Virus record (IMG/VR): IMGVR_UViG_3300024046_000018
Coordinates: 1 to 32,635 of that record
Reading direction: 5' to 3' (one strand)
DNA from: a virus
Taxonomy: Duplodnaviria > Caudoviricetes
DNA: 32,635 bases
Position numbers and translations under genes: made by a program. The notes under the pieces are model-generated. The model was given only the letters and a program-made list of their open reading frames with translations. It ran no database searches and was not told the origin of the DNA. How positions within the stretch are numbered: position 1 is the stretch's first letter; the number at the start of each line of letters is the position of its first letter. Below, piece by piece: positions 24,891 through 32,635 of this stretch.

Positions 24891-27304
24891 TGAATTTCCT
24901 GTTCCAGCTCTTTGTTTATCTCGTTCTGGCGGTCGCCGGCTCCATCGTGCAGGCGGCGGCGACGCAGGAGACCAAGAAAACCACCGGCGTGCGCAGCCAG
25001 CGCCAGGAGGGTGGCGACAATTACCAGGCCGTGGTGGCGGGGAAGCGCGGGCTGGGCGGGCAGTTCGAATACTGGTTGGACTGGGGCCAGGACGGCGAGA
25101 CCCCCAACGCCTACCACACGGAGGTCTATTCGCTGGGCGACAAGCCCTATCATGGCTTTGTCGGCATGCTTTATGACGGCGGGCGCGCCAGCCTGGCCTA
25201 TGACCGGCCGCATGCGAGCCTGGGCATTCCGGTCAATAACGCGCGTCTCGGCGGCAAAGACCACATGTGGGTCAAGTTCTACGATGGCCGGCAAACGGCG
25301 GCCGACGCCATGCTGGTGGCGCGCTCGGCCGGCAGCGAGCGCCCCTGGACCGCCGACATGATTTTCGTCGGTTGTCCCTATGTGGTGGTGACGACGTTGC
25401 TCAATCGCGAGCTGTTCACGGCCATCCCGAAATTCGTGTTCGAGGTCGAGGGCATCGACCTCTACGACATGAGCCTTGACAGCTCGGTGGGGGGCGACGG
25501 CCCGCAGCGCTATGACGATCCGTCGACCTGGTCGTACTCGGACGATCCTATCGTGGCCGCGAGCAACGTGGCCCTGGGCATCTATTACGGCGACGAGTGG
25601 CTGTTCGGCGGCCAGACCATTACGCCGCACCAGCTGCCGGCCGCGAACTGGATTGCCCAAATCCGCAAGAGCAAGGCGCGGGGCTTCAGGTGTGGCTATG
25701 AGATCGTCTGCGGCGCCGACCAGCCGCATGCGGTCATGGGCGAGTTCCTGATGGCCGCCGCCGCGCGCATCGCCGAAATCGGCGGGCTCTACAAGGTGCT
25801 GGTGGCCGAGCCCGATGCGCCGGTGCGCAGCTTTACCGACGACGACATCGTCATCACCGAGAGCCAGGAGCTCGACCCGTTCCCCGGCCTCGAGAGCACC
25901 TGCAACGTCATCACCTCGACCTATCCCGAGCCGGCCCAGGCCTGGACAATGAAGGAGGCGCCGACCCGCTATAGCAGCGCGCTCGAGGCGGCGGATGGCG
26001 GGCGCCGCCTGCCCAAGGAAATCACCTATCGGGCGGTGTGGAGCGGCAGCCAGGTGCAGCAGCTCGACAAGCTGGCCGTGGAAGAGGCCCGCCGCTTTCG
26101 CACCCACATCAACACCATGCCGCCCGAGTGGTGGGAAATGGAGCCGCTGGACGCCGAGCTGTGGACGAGCGCGCGCAACGGCTATGTCGGCAAGCTCTTT
26201 CTCATCACCGCCGTGGACGATGGCGACGACGCGCAGATGCTGGTCGCACGCCGCGAACAGGACCCGGCCGACTATGACTGGTCGCCGGAAATGGAGCTGC
26301 CCTGGGACGTGGCGCCGCTCGGCCATGATCGGCCAGCCCCGCAGATCACTACCGGGTTCAGCGCCGCGCCCTATGTCATTCAGGACGGTGCCAACAACCC
26401 CCGGCGGGCGGCTATCGAAGCGTTCTGGGATGCCGGGCTCCAGGACGTGCGCCTGGTGCGTGTCCAGGTGCGCGAAAGCTGGGGCAGCAAGGCCGTCATT
26501 GCCGATGCGACGATTGAGTACGACATCGACGTGGCGCTGCCCTCGGCCGTGATCAGCAATCCGGCCATCCTGCCCGCCGCGCTCTACGAGGTTCGGGGCC
26601 TTTATGTGCCATTTTCCGGCCGGATCACGCGATGGTCCAACCAGGACGCCGCCGGCATCGATGGCGCGTGGATATCGGTCACCACGCCCGATGTTCGCCT
26701 CGGCAGTCTCGACGTGATGTTTGACCAGATCGCGGCGGAAATCTCCCAGGACCTCAAGTGGCTGAGCATCAAGGTGCGCGATGCGGTCAATAACTTTGAC
26801 CGGCTGGGCTCGCTGCTGGCCGAACAGGACCTGGCCAATTTCAACGACCGGGAAACGCTGCGCCGGGATTTGATCAAGAAAACCGGCGCCCTTGAAGCCA
26901 GGTTCACCGAGATCATCGAGGTGGCCCTGGGCCCGGGCGGCGCCATCGCGCAATCGCTCGAAGCGCTCTACGCGGCGATGGGCGGCGATACCGCCCAGGC
27001 GCTGGTGCGCTGGTCGGCCGAAGCGACGCCGGTCGGCGTGTCGGCACGCTGGGGGCTGCAACTGACCACCGACGGCAGTACGCCCGGCGCCGCCGCCATC
27101 CTGGTGCAGGTCCGGGACGGTGACAGCGAAATTGTGCTCGACGCCGACCGCACGGTCATCAGCACCGATGGCGGCACCAGTGTTTCGGCGCTCTTCAACG
27201 AGGACGGCGCGCTGATCCGTGACCTGACGGTGGGGACGATCAAGAGCCTCGACGGCCGTAGTTTTTGGAACCTGACCACCGGCCTGCGCAGGAGCTCGAC
27301 ATGA
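24890..27304 (+). CDS. Tail tip attachment/central tail protein
   Basis: 804 aa. FEVEGIDLYD...DDPSTWSYSDDP, NVITSTYPEPAQAW and a coiled-coil C-terminal region. Confidence 0.82.
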   Translation: MNFLFQLFVYLVLAVAGSIVQAAATQETKKTTGVRSQRQEGGDNYQAVVAGKRGLGGQFEYWLDWGQDGETPNAYHTEVYSLGDKPYHGFVGMLYDGGRASLAYDRPHASLGIPVNNARLGGKDHMWVKFYDGRQTAADAMLVARSAGSERPWTADMIFVGCPYVVVTTLLNRELFTAIPKFVFEVEGIDLYDMSLDSSVGGDGPQRYDDPSTWSYSDDPIVAASNVALGIYYGDEWLFGGQTITPHQLPAANWIAQIRKSKARGFRCGYEIVCGADQPHAVMGEFLMAAAARIAEIGGLYKVLVAEPDAPVRSFTDDDIVITESQELDPFPGLESTCNVITSTYPEPAQAWTMKEAPTRYSSALEAADGGRRLPKEITYRAVWSGSQVQQLDKLAVEEARRFRTHINTMPPEWWEMEPLDAELWTSARNGYVGKLFLITAVDDGDDAQMLVARREQDPADYDWSPEMELPWDVAPLGHDRPAPQITTGFSAAPYVIQDGANNPRRAAIEAFWDAGLQDVRLVRVQVRESWGSKAVIADATIEYDIDVALPSAVISNPAILPAALYEVRGLYVPFSGRITRWSNQDAAGIDGAWISVTTPDVRLGSLDVMFDQIAAEISQDLKWLSIKVRDAVNNFDRLGSLLAEQDLANFNDRETLRRDLIKKTGALEARFTEIIEVALGPGGAIAQSLEALYAAMGGDTAQALVRWSAEATPVGVSARWGLQLTTDGSTPGAAAILVQVRDGDSEIVLDADRTVISTDGGTSVSALFNEDGALIRDLTVGTIKSLDGRSFWNLTTGLRRSST

Positions 27305-28149
27305 GCGTGCGCGACGTGGAAATGCAAGACCCGGTCGCCGGCCGCTATGCGGTTTTCCGGGAGCCGGTGGATGCGGGCGAATTCGACGACGCGAACTCGG
27401 CTCGCAACGCACCGCTCAATTCGCCGCTGAGCTATTTGCGGCACCTCTATTTCCATTCTGACCTGCGCTACCTCGCGGTGGCGGCCGCAGGCTCGGTGAC
27501 CATCGCGCATCCGACCGCCGGCGGCGGTGGCAATATCCCCGTTGGCGACAACGGCGCCAAAAGCAGCAATTTCGCTTTTGGCACCTTTGCGACCAGCCAC
27601 ACGCTGGTCACCCATAATCTCGGGGTCACGCCCTTTGCCATCGTCGCGGTGGGCAACAACGTGATCTGGCCCGGCGTGCCGATCCAGTTTTCTTCGGGCA
27701 ACGGCATGCGCACCATCATGCCGGTGGTCACCGCGACCCAGCTGGCGCTCACCGAGCGCGTATCCTCGGCCGCTGCGCTGCCAGGGTTCGGGCTCACCTA
27801 TTCTTACCTTGTCATCGAGGCGCCGATTGGCGCGGCCAACGATATCCTCGAAGAGTGGGACCCGGACACCGGCGTGTTCCAATGCGGTCGCGGCAAATTC
27901 CGCTCCGACCGGCGGTTTTTGCAGGTGGTGGCGGGTGGCTCGCCGCTGGCGATGTTTCAGGGACGGTCGATGGACGCGCGCAACGGCGCCGTGCGGTGCA
28001 TCCGCGCCGATGGCACCGCGTTCGACCCGGTGCCACCGAGCATGCAACTGGGCTTTGTCCGGCTCAACATGGCCCCGAGCTATGCTGGCTCAATGGCCTA
28101 TACCGGCAATTATGTCGGGCCGGCGCCGATCATGGTGCAGGCGCCATGA
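27301..28149 (+). CDS. Minor tail protein
   Basis: AGGAG RBS and ATG 27301 (ATGA overlap). LYFHSDLRYL and beta-rich composition. Confidence 0.7.
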   Translation: MSVRDVEMQDPVAGRYAVFREPVDAGEFDDANSARNAPLNSPLSYLRHLYFHSDLRYLAVAAAGSVTIAHPTAGGGGNIPVGDNGAKSSNFAFGTFATSHTLVTHNLGVTPFAIVAVGNNVIWPGVPIQFSSGNGMRTIMPVVTATQLALTERVSSAAALPGFGLTYSYLVIEAPIGAANDILEEWDPDTGVFQCGRGKFRSDRRFLQVVAGGSPLAMFQGRSMDARNGAVRCIRADGTAFDPVPPSMQLGFVRLNMAPSYAGSMAYTGNYVGPAPIMVQAP

Positions 28150-28967
28150 CCAGCTCCGAAAGCTTTGAGGGTGGCAAGATCACCATCGTCCACAACGACC
28201 GGGTGGCGTTCACCACGGCCGGCAAGCTGGTCAACCTGCTGCCGGCTGCCTACGACTACTCGGGCACCGTCGCATGTGTCTTCGCCGACCCGCCCAAGTC
28301 GCGGGCCTATATGCACCAGGCCTATCAGATCAATCACTATGTCAGCGGCGAGCGGCGCTGGGGCGTGTCATCGCGCTGCGTCGCGTGGGTTTCCGTCCCG
28401 GCCCGCGAGTGGAGCCAGGAGACGGTCATCTGCCCGCTGCCGTCGCCCGATATCGACTTTGTCGTGATCAATGCCCGGTTCTCGCGGATATCGGCGCCCA
28501 GCCATGCGTGGTGCGGACGGCCGATTATCTCGATGGTCAACGAGGGGGTGACGATCCCGTTCACGGGCACGGTGCACCTTGAAAGCGGCGACCCCGGGTT
28601 GCAGCGCCTCGCCAGCATCGTGCGGTCGGGGTCCAACCTCGTGCTGCACCAGCAGGAAAGCATCCTCAATTGCGCCGGCAGCTTCGGCAGCTGGACCGAC
28701 CACCCCAGCGGCACCTTCGAATATTCGCGCACCGACTGGCGCGCGGTCGGGACGCCCGGCCTGCCTGTGTGGGCCGACCTAGGGGCGCCATGGCGCCGCA
28801 ACGACGCCAAAAGTCTTCCCGACCAGCAAATTCCGCCCGGCTTCTTGACCACCTGCGATCTTGGCGGCGCGGTGGCCTGCTCGGTGCCGTCCGACCCCAC
28901 CAATTTCGGCTCGACCTGGGCCATTACCATCCACGCCATGTTCGGCGTGGTCAGCAAGGCTGGCTAG
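28146..28967 (+). CDS. Minor tail protein/putative receptor-binding component
   Basis: ATG 28146 (ATGA overlap). Beta-rich with several Cys and Trp. Confidence 0.65.
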   Translation: MTSSESFEGGKITIVHNDRVAFTTAGKLVNLLPAAYDYSGTVACVFADPPKSRAYMHQAYQINHYVSGERRWGVSSRCVAWVSVPAREWSQETVICPLPSPDIDFVVINARFSRISAPSHAWCGRPIISMVNEGVTIPFTGTVHLESGDPGLQRLASIVRSGSNLVLHQQESILNCAGSFGSWTDHPSGTFEYSRTDWRAVGTPGLPVWADLGAPWRRNDAKSLPDQQIPPGFLTTCDLGGAVACSVPSDPTNFGSTWAITIHAMFGVVSKAG

Positions 28968-28968
28968 C

Positions 28969-31122
28969 ATGACCGACCCCTACAATCTCGGCACCGTCAC
29001 CGTGGGCAACGGCGACACCACCGTAACCGGCACTGGCACCTTCTGGGCCGGCAAGGTGCGCAAGAACGACCTGTTCATGGACCCGGCGCAGGGCCTGTTT
29101 GCGCGCATCGTCGCCGATCCGGTGAGCAATACCGAAATCACCATCAATGCCTGGCCGGGCGAGGCACTGGAAGATGCCGCCTACGAGATCATCCCGGTGT
29201 CCGATGGCATCGACATCTCGGGCCGGCTGCGCGACCTTCTCGCCAAAATGTCGGCCATCGAGGCCAATGGCCGGGGCCTTTTCTACCGGTTCTCCGATCA
29301 AATTGAAGATGCCGATCCTGGTGCTGGCCGGCTGCGGCTCAACGCTATTGATCCGGTCGGTGCCACGGCGGTTTACATCGACAACGAGGACGCCAATGGC
29401 GCCGCGGCGGCTGCTGAAATCGACACCTGGGCTGGCAGCACGTCGTTGATCAAAGGCGTGCTCTGGCTGCGCAGTGTGGCCGATCCGTCCAGCGCGCGCG
29501 CTTATGCGCTCACGGGCGCGGTGGTCGATGGCACGGGCTATCGCAAGCTGACCGTTGAGCATATCGGCGGCACCGGTGGTTTCGCCGCCGACGAGGCTCT
29601 GATGGTGGCCTTCTCCCGGGCCGGTGATCAGGGAGACGCCTACCAGACCGACGCCACCGTCGACGACATGGATGGACTGACGGCGTACGACAGCGAGGCT
29701 GTCGGCTTCCGGGTCTTCGTGCGCGACCTCGGGGGCGCCTACGACAACCGTTCCGGCGTCGTGATCAAGGCGGCGTCGGCATGGGACGCAACCGCGATTT
29801 ACACCGGCCCCACGGGCAGCAAGGGCGACAGAGGCGATAAGGGCTGGTCACCGATGTTTGCCGGCGTCGCGGACGGCGAGCGGCGCGTTGAAGTGCTGAT
29901 CGGCTATGTTGGTGGCGAGGGCACCCCGCCCACCGAACATGTGGGCGAGTACCGAAAAGGTGACGGCACCTATACGACCAATATTGCCGAGGCGGTCGAC
30001 TATCGTGGCCCGCCCGGCCGCAACGGTGCGGGCACGGTGGCCGAGCTGGTGCCGGGCAGAGGTATTCTAATCAACGCGACCGACCCGACCCGGCCGGAGA
30101 TCTCGACCGATCAGACGGCCGACGAAACGCAGAATTTCTATGCCACGCTGGCCCTGGAGCAGGCCGAGGACCGTTCGGATGGTCCGGTGATGGCCGGCCC
30201 CGATGGCAATGGGCTTTTTGATGGCTTCAACGCACTCACCTATGTGGACACCGCAGCCGCCTCGGGCCTTGATACGTCCGAGGCGGGGCTGCTCAAGCCG
30301 CTACCTCTGGTCACGGCGATGAGCATCAGCTTCACCCACGATTCGCCCAACTATGGGGGCTACAATCTGCGTTTTCGTATTCCGGCCTCAAAGCTGAGTG
30401 GTAAGGGTGACCAAATTAAGCTGAGGCTGGCAGGGGTAACCACGGGGGCGGCCCTCGTCCTCTCATCCGTCTATGTGGGGCACAAGGCCAGTTCCGGCAA
30501 CGTCTGGGATTTCGACGGCGGTCAGAAGCAGATCAAGGTTGGCGGCAACGCCGGCTTCTCGGTGCCGGTCAACGGCGACGTCGAAACAGACTGGCTCGAC
30601 TTCGACTTTGACGACAGTCGCGATCTGATCGTCGCCATGCACTGCACATCGGGCGACCTTCGGATCGGAACGATCGCCAGTGGCGGGATAGGCGGCTCTT
30701 TTTCGACCAAGATGGGGGCGGACGAGGGAGGTGTGTCGGCGCCGGGAGGATACTCCACATCGTCCACCTATGATCGCCTAACCTGTTATCAGGTCCAGGT
30801 CCGCACCAGTGCGATGAGCGTGCGCAGCTCGGCCCTGACGCTGTCGGCGGAGCCCGGTTGGGCGCGGCTCTACTTCATCGCCGATCTGCAGGACGCCACG
30901 CTCAACACCGATTTGCTGGTCTCGGTGAGCCGCGATGGCGACGACTTCACCGCCCTCACGGCCACTCGTCTCTATCAGCGGCCGGATGGGTCGGGCGTTT
31001 TCGCCACGGACAGGACCGATCTGACGAGTGATCCCGGCTCGATCGGCCGCTGGCGGATCGAAACGGACAATGCCACGCAGCCAAAAATTCTGGCCATCGG
31101 CGTGATGTTCGGAGTGAATTGA
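28969..31122 (+). CDS. Tail fibre protein
   Basis: N-terminal YNLGTVTVGNGDTTVTGTGTFW, DADPGAGRLRLN domain, collagen-like GPTGSKGDRGDKG, and modular C-terminus. Confidence 0.82.
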   Translation: MTDPYNLGTVTVGNGDTTVTGTGTFWAGKVRKNDLFMDPAQGLFARIVADPVSNTEITINAWPGEALEDAAYEIIPVSDGIDISGRLRDLLAKMSAIEANGRGLFYRFSDQIEDADPGAGRLRLNAIDPVGATAVYIDNEDANGAAAAAEIDTWAGSTSLIKGVLWLRSVADPSSARAYALTGAVVDGTGYRKLTVEHIGGTGGFAADEALMVAFSRAGDQGDAYQTDATVDDMDGLTAYDSEAVGFRVFVRDLGGAYDNRSGVVIKAASAWDATAIYTGPTGSKGDRGDKGWSPMFAGVADGERRVEVLIGYVGGEGTPPTEHVGEYRKGDGTYTTNIAEAVDYRGPPGRNGAGTVAELVPGRGILINATDPTRPEISTDQTADETQNFYATLALEQAEDRSDGPVMAGPDGNGLFDGFNALTYVDTAAASGLDTSEAGLLKPLPLVTAMSISFTHDSPNYGGYNLRFRIPASKLSGKGDQIKLRLAGVTTGAALVLSSVYVGHKASSGNVWDFDGGQKQIKVGGNAGFSVPVNGDVETDWLDFDFDDSRDLIVAMHCTSGDLRIGTIASGGIGGSFSTKMGADEGGVSAPGGYSTSSTYDRLTCYQVQVRTSAMSVRSSALTLSAEPGWARLYFIADLQDATLNTDLLVSVSRDGDDFTALTATRLYQRPDGSGVFATDRTDLTSDPGSIGRWRIETDNATQPKILAIGVMFGVN

Positions 31123-32039
31123 TGGGTGCAATCCAGATCATCGCCAACAAGGCGCTGCATGCCGATAGCGGCTGGACCCTGCTGGGCAACGCTGCCTACT
31201 CACACCGGGACAGCTCCCGCGTCTTTGAGCACAAGGGCCTGCTCTACCTATCCAACGGCTACCAGCCCGGCCATATCCTGCTGCCGGACCTCTGGAAATC
31301 CTACGATGGCATCAACTGGCACCTGGTCAACGATGCCACCCCATACACCGGATGGTGTCCTGTCATATCGGTCAAGGGTGCCATTGTGGCGCTCGGCGAT
31401 CCGGTGATGATCAGCGAGGATGACGGGCTGACCTTCATCGCGATCCCCGGCGATCCGCCTTTTACAACCGAGGCCAACACGCGGAAAACCTGGTGGCCGA
31501 TCGTTCGGGGTGATCGGCTGATCATGTGCGGCCAGGGTCACGTCTGGTGGACCGAGGACCTTGAGAATTGGTCCACCGAGGACATGCCGTTCTATCGCGA
31601 GAATTATGCGCTCTGGGATCTCAAGGGTCGTCTCTACATCGCCGCCGGCAGCGACGTTACGACGCCCAACGATCCGCCCGAGCAGCAATATCCGGACAGC
31701 ACCTCGTTCAACGACGTCTGGATGACGGACGACCCGATTTCCGGCACCTGGACGCGCATCCTTGAGTTCGCCCCCTGGGCCGCGCGCATGTGGCCCGGTT
31801 TTGCGGTGCACGGCGACGAGATGGTCATCATGGGTGGTTACAACAATCGCGCCGGCGTCAATTTTGGCGACACCTGGGCGAGCCGCGATGGCGTGAGCTG
31901 GCGAGAAATCACGGGCACGGCGCTGCCCGCCCGGCACTATCCGCAGGCTTTCAGCCGCTTCGGAAAGCTCATCCTCAACAACGGCAACATGAACGCCGGC
32001 ACCACCGGAACCTATAACGACATGTACGAGCTGGTGTGA
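31122..32039 (+). CDS. Kelch/BNR-like beta-propeller protein
   Basis: Repeats DLWKSYDGINW, DVWMTDD...W and DTWASRDGVSW, with LYLSNG/VIMGGY strands. TGATG-coupled to the tail fibre gene. Confidence 0.78.
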   Translation: MGAIQIIANKALHADSGWTLLGNAAYSHRDSSRVFEHKGLLYLSNGYQPGHILLPDLWKSYDGINWHLVNDATPYTGWCPVISVKGAIVALGDPVMISEDDGLTFIAIPGDPPFTTEANTRKTWWPIVRGDRLIMCGQGHVWWTEDLENWSTEDMPFYRENYALWDLKGRLYIAAGSDVTTPNDPPEQQYPDSTSFNDVWMTDDPISGTWTRILEFAPWAARMWPGFAVHGDEMVIMGGYNNRAGVNFGDTWASRDGVSWREITGTALPARHYPQAFSRFGKLILNNGNMNAGTTGTYNDMYELV

Positions 32040-32056
32040 TGGGCGCGGTCTAGCCC

Positions 32057-32635
32057 TCAGAAGTGATAGTTGAGGCCAGCCTTGGCGCTCCAGCCGGAGT
32101 GAGAGGCCCCACGGCTGGACCAGTATCCGTTAAAACCGGCTTCGCCCTTTATCGAAATACTTTCGGAAAGGCGATGCTCGGCACCGGCGGCCAGGGTCCA
32201 GCCGCTTCTGGTCATCCAATAATCGGATGTTATTCCCGATGGCAGGGAGGTGCTTGTGTTCAAAACGTGAATGAATTGTGGGCCGACTGCCAGATAAGGC
32301 AGTGTGTCGCCCATGGGCATGCCAGCCTTGGCGCGGACGGAGAACGTCGCGGCCTCAAACGTCTCGATCTTCAGATCGCCAAATCCGAGGCCGATCGACC
32401 ACACTGTATTCCGGTAGGGGCCACCAAGAGTGCCGCCGGCATCTAGGCCCAGGGCAATCTGACCCATCTGCCACCAGTGACCCACAACCAGACCAGCCAT
32501 CGGCCCCGCTTCGTCGGGCGCGCGCCAAATATACCCAGCGTCAAACCCGGCGAACCAGCCGTCCCATGAAGTTTCCTGCGCGGCGGCGCAGATCGTCGAC
32601 GTGGCGAGTAATGCGATGGCAAGTGCGTATTTCAT
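32057..32635 (-). CDS. Outer-membrane beta-barrel protein (Omp25/RopB-like), probable moron
   Basis: Signal peptide MKYALAIALLATSTICAAA, SWDGWFAGFDAGY, GWTLAAGAE and C-terminal KAGLNYHF beta-signal. Convergent with the late operon. Confidence 0.85.
   Translation of the reverse strand: MKYALAIALLATSTICAAAQETSWDGWFAGFDAGYIWRAPDEAGPMAGLVVGHWWQMGQIALGLDAGGTLGGPYRNTVWSIGLGFGDLKIETFEAATFSVRAKAGMPMGDTLPYLAVGPQFIHVLNTSTSLPSGITSDYWMTRSGWTLAAGAEHRLSESISIKGEAGFNGYWSSRGASHSGWSAKAGLNYHF

Larger units (their letters stand above)
1..32635 (+). mobile_element. Mu-like transposable prophage/phage with HK97-type head and siphovirus tail (partial; ends outside window)
   Basis: Contiguous co-oriented MuA, MuB, DUF3164, GemA, Mor/C, lysis, gp25-28, head and tail genes. 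No host housekeeping genes seen. Confidence 0.96.

Noticed and set aside
29800-29845. Gly-X-Y repeat GPTGSKGDRGDKG
   Set aside because: Short collagen-like hinge, common in tail fibres. Not a separate system.
32063-32446. 127-aa + strand ORF after the propeller gene
   Set aside because: Antisense to the well-supported outer-membrane protein gene, with no recognisable features.
27301-32635. Invertible G-segment, diversity-generating retroelement, mom/methyltransferase, CRISPR array or tRNA
   Set aside because: No invertase, reverse transcriptase, duplicated template/variable repeat, methyltransferase motifs, spaced repeats or cloverleaf seen by eye. Such genes could lie outside the window.

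Overview
The whole window is the interior of a GC-rich, Mu-like transposable (pro)phage, probably from an alphaproteobacterial host (inferred from gene content, including an Omp25/RopB-like gene). Neither phage end nor the repressor lies in the window. Almost all genes are on the + strand and translationally coupled. The early region holds a Ner/Cro-like HTH gene, a ParB-like protein, the MuA DDE transposase, the MuB ATPase, accessory genes including DUF3164, GemA and a Mor/C-type activator. It is followed by lysis genes (lambda-like endolysin, 3TM holin, TraR/DksA zinc finger) and Mu gp25/26/27/28-like genes including the terminase. The head module is not Mu-type: an HK97-type portal fused to a MuF-like domain, an HK97 prohead protease and an HK97-type major capsid protein. 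A non-contractile (siphovirus) neck and tail module, tail fibre and beta-propeller gene follow, and a convergent outer-membrane beta-barrel gene closes the window. Non-coding signals read directly from the sequence include: three copies of a bipartite late-promoter motif (GACCCGCGCAnCTGCGC ... YAGnTTTGC); a G10 tract that fuses two otherwise ATGA-coupled genes; an 85-nt intergenic region with three hairpins and complementary loops; an antisense terminator between MuA and MuB; a Pho-box-like direct repeat; and a 50-aa zinc-finger gene missed by the ORF track. All family assignments come from motif recognition and synteny, not database searches.
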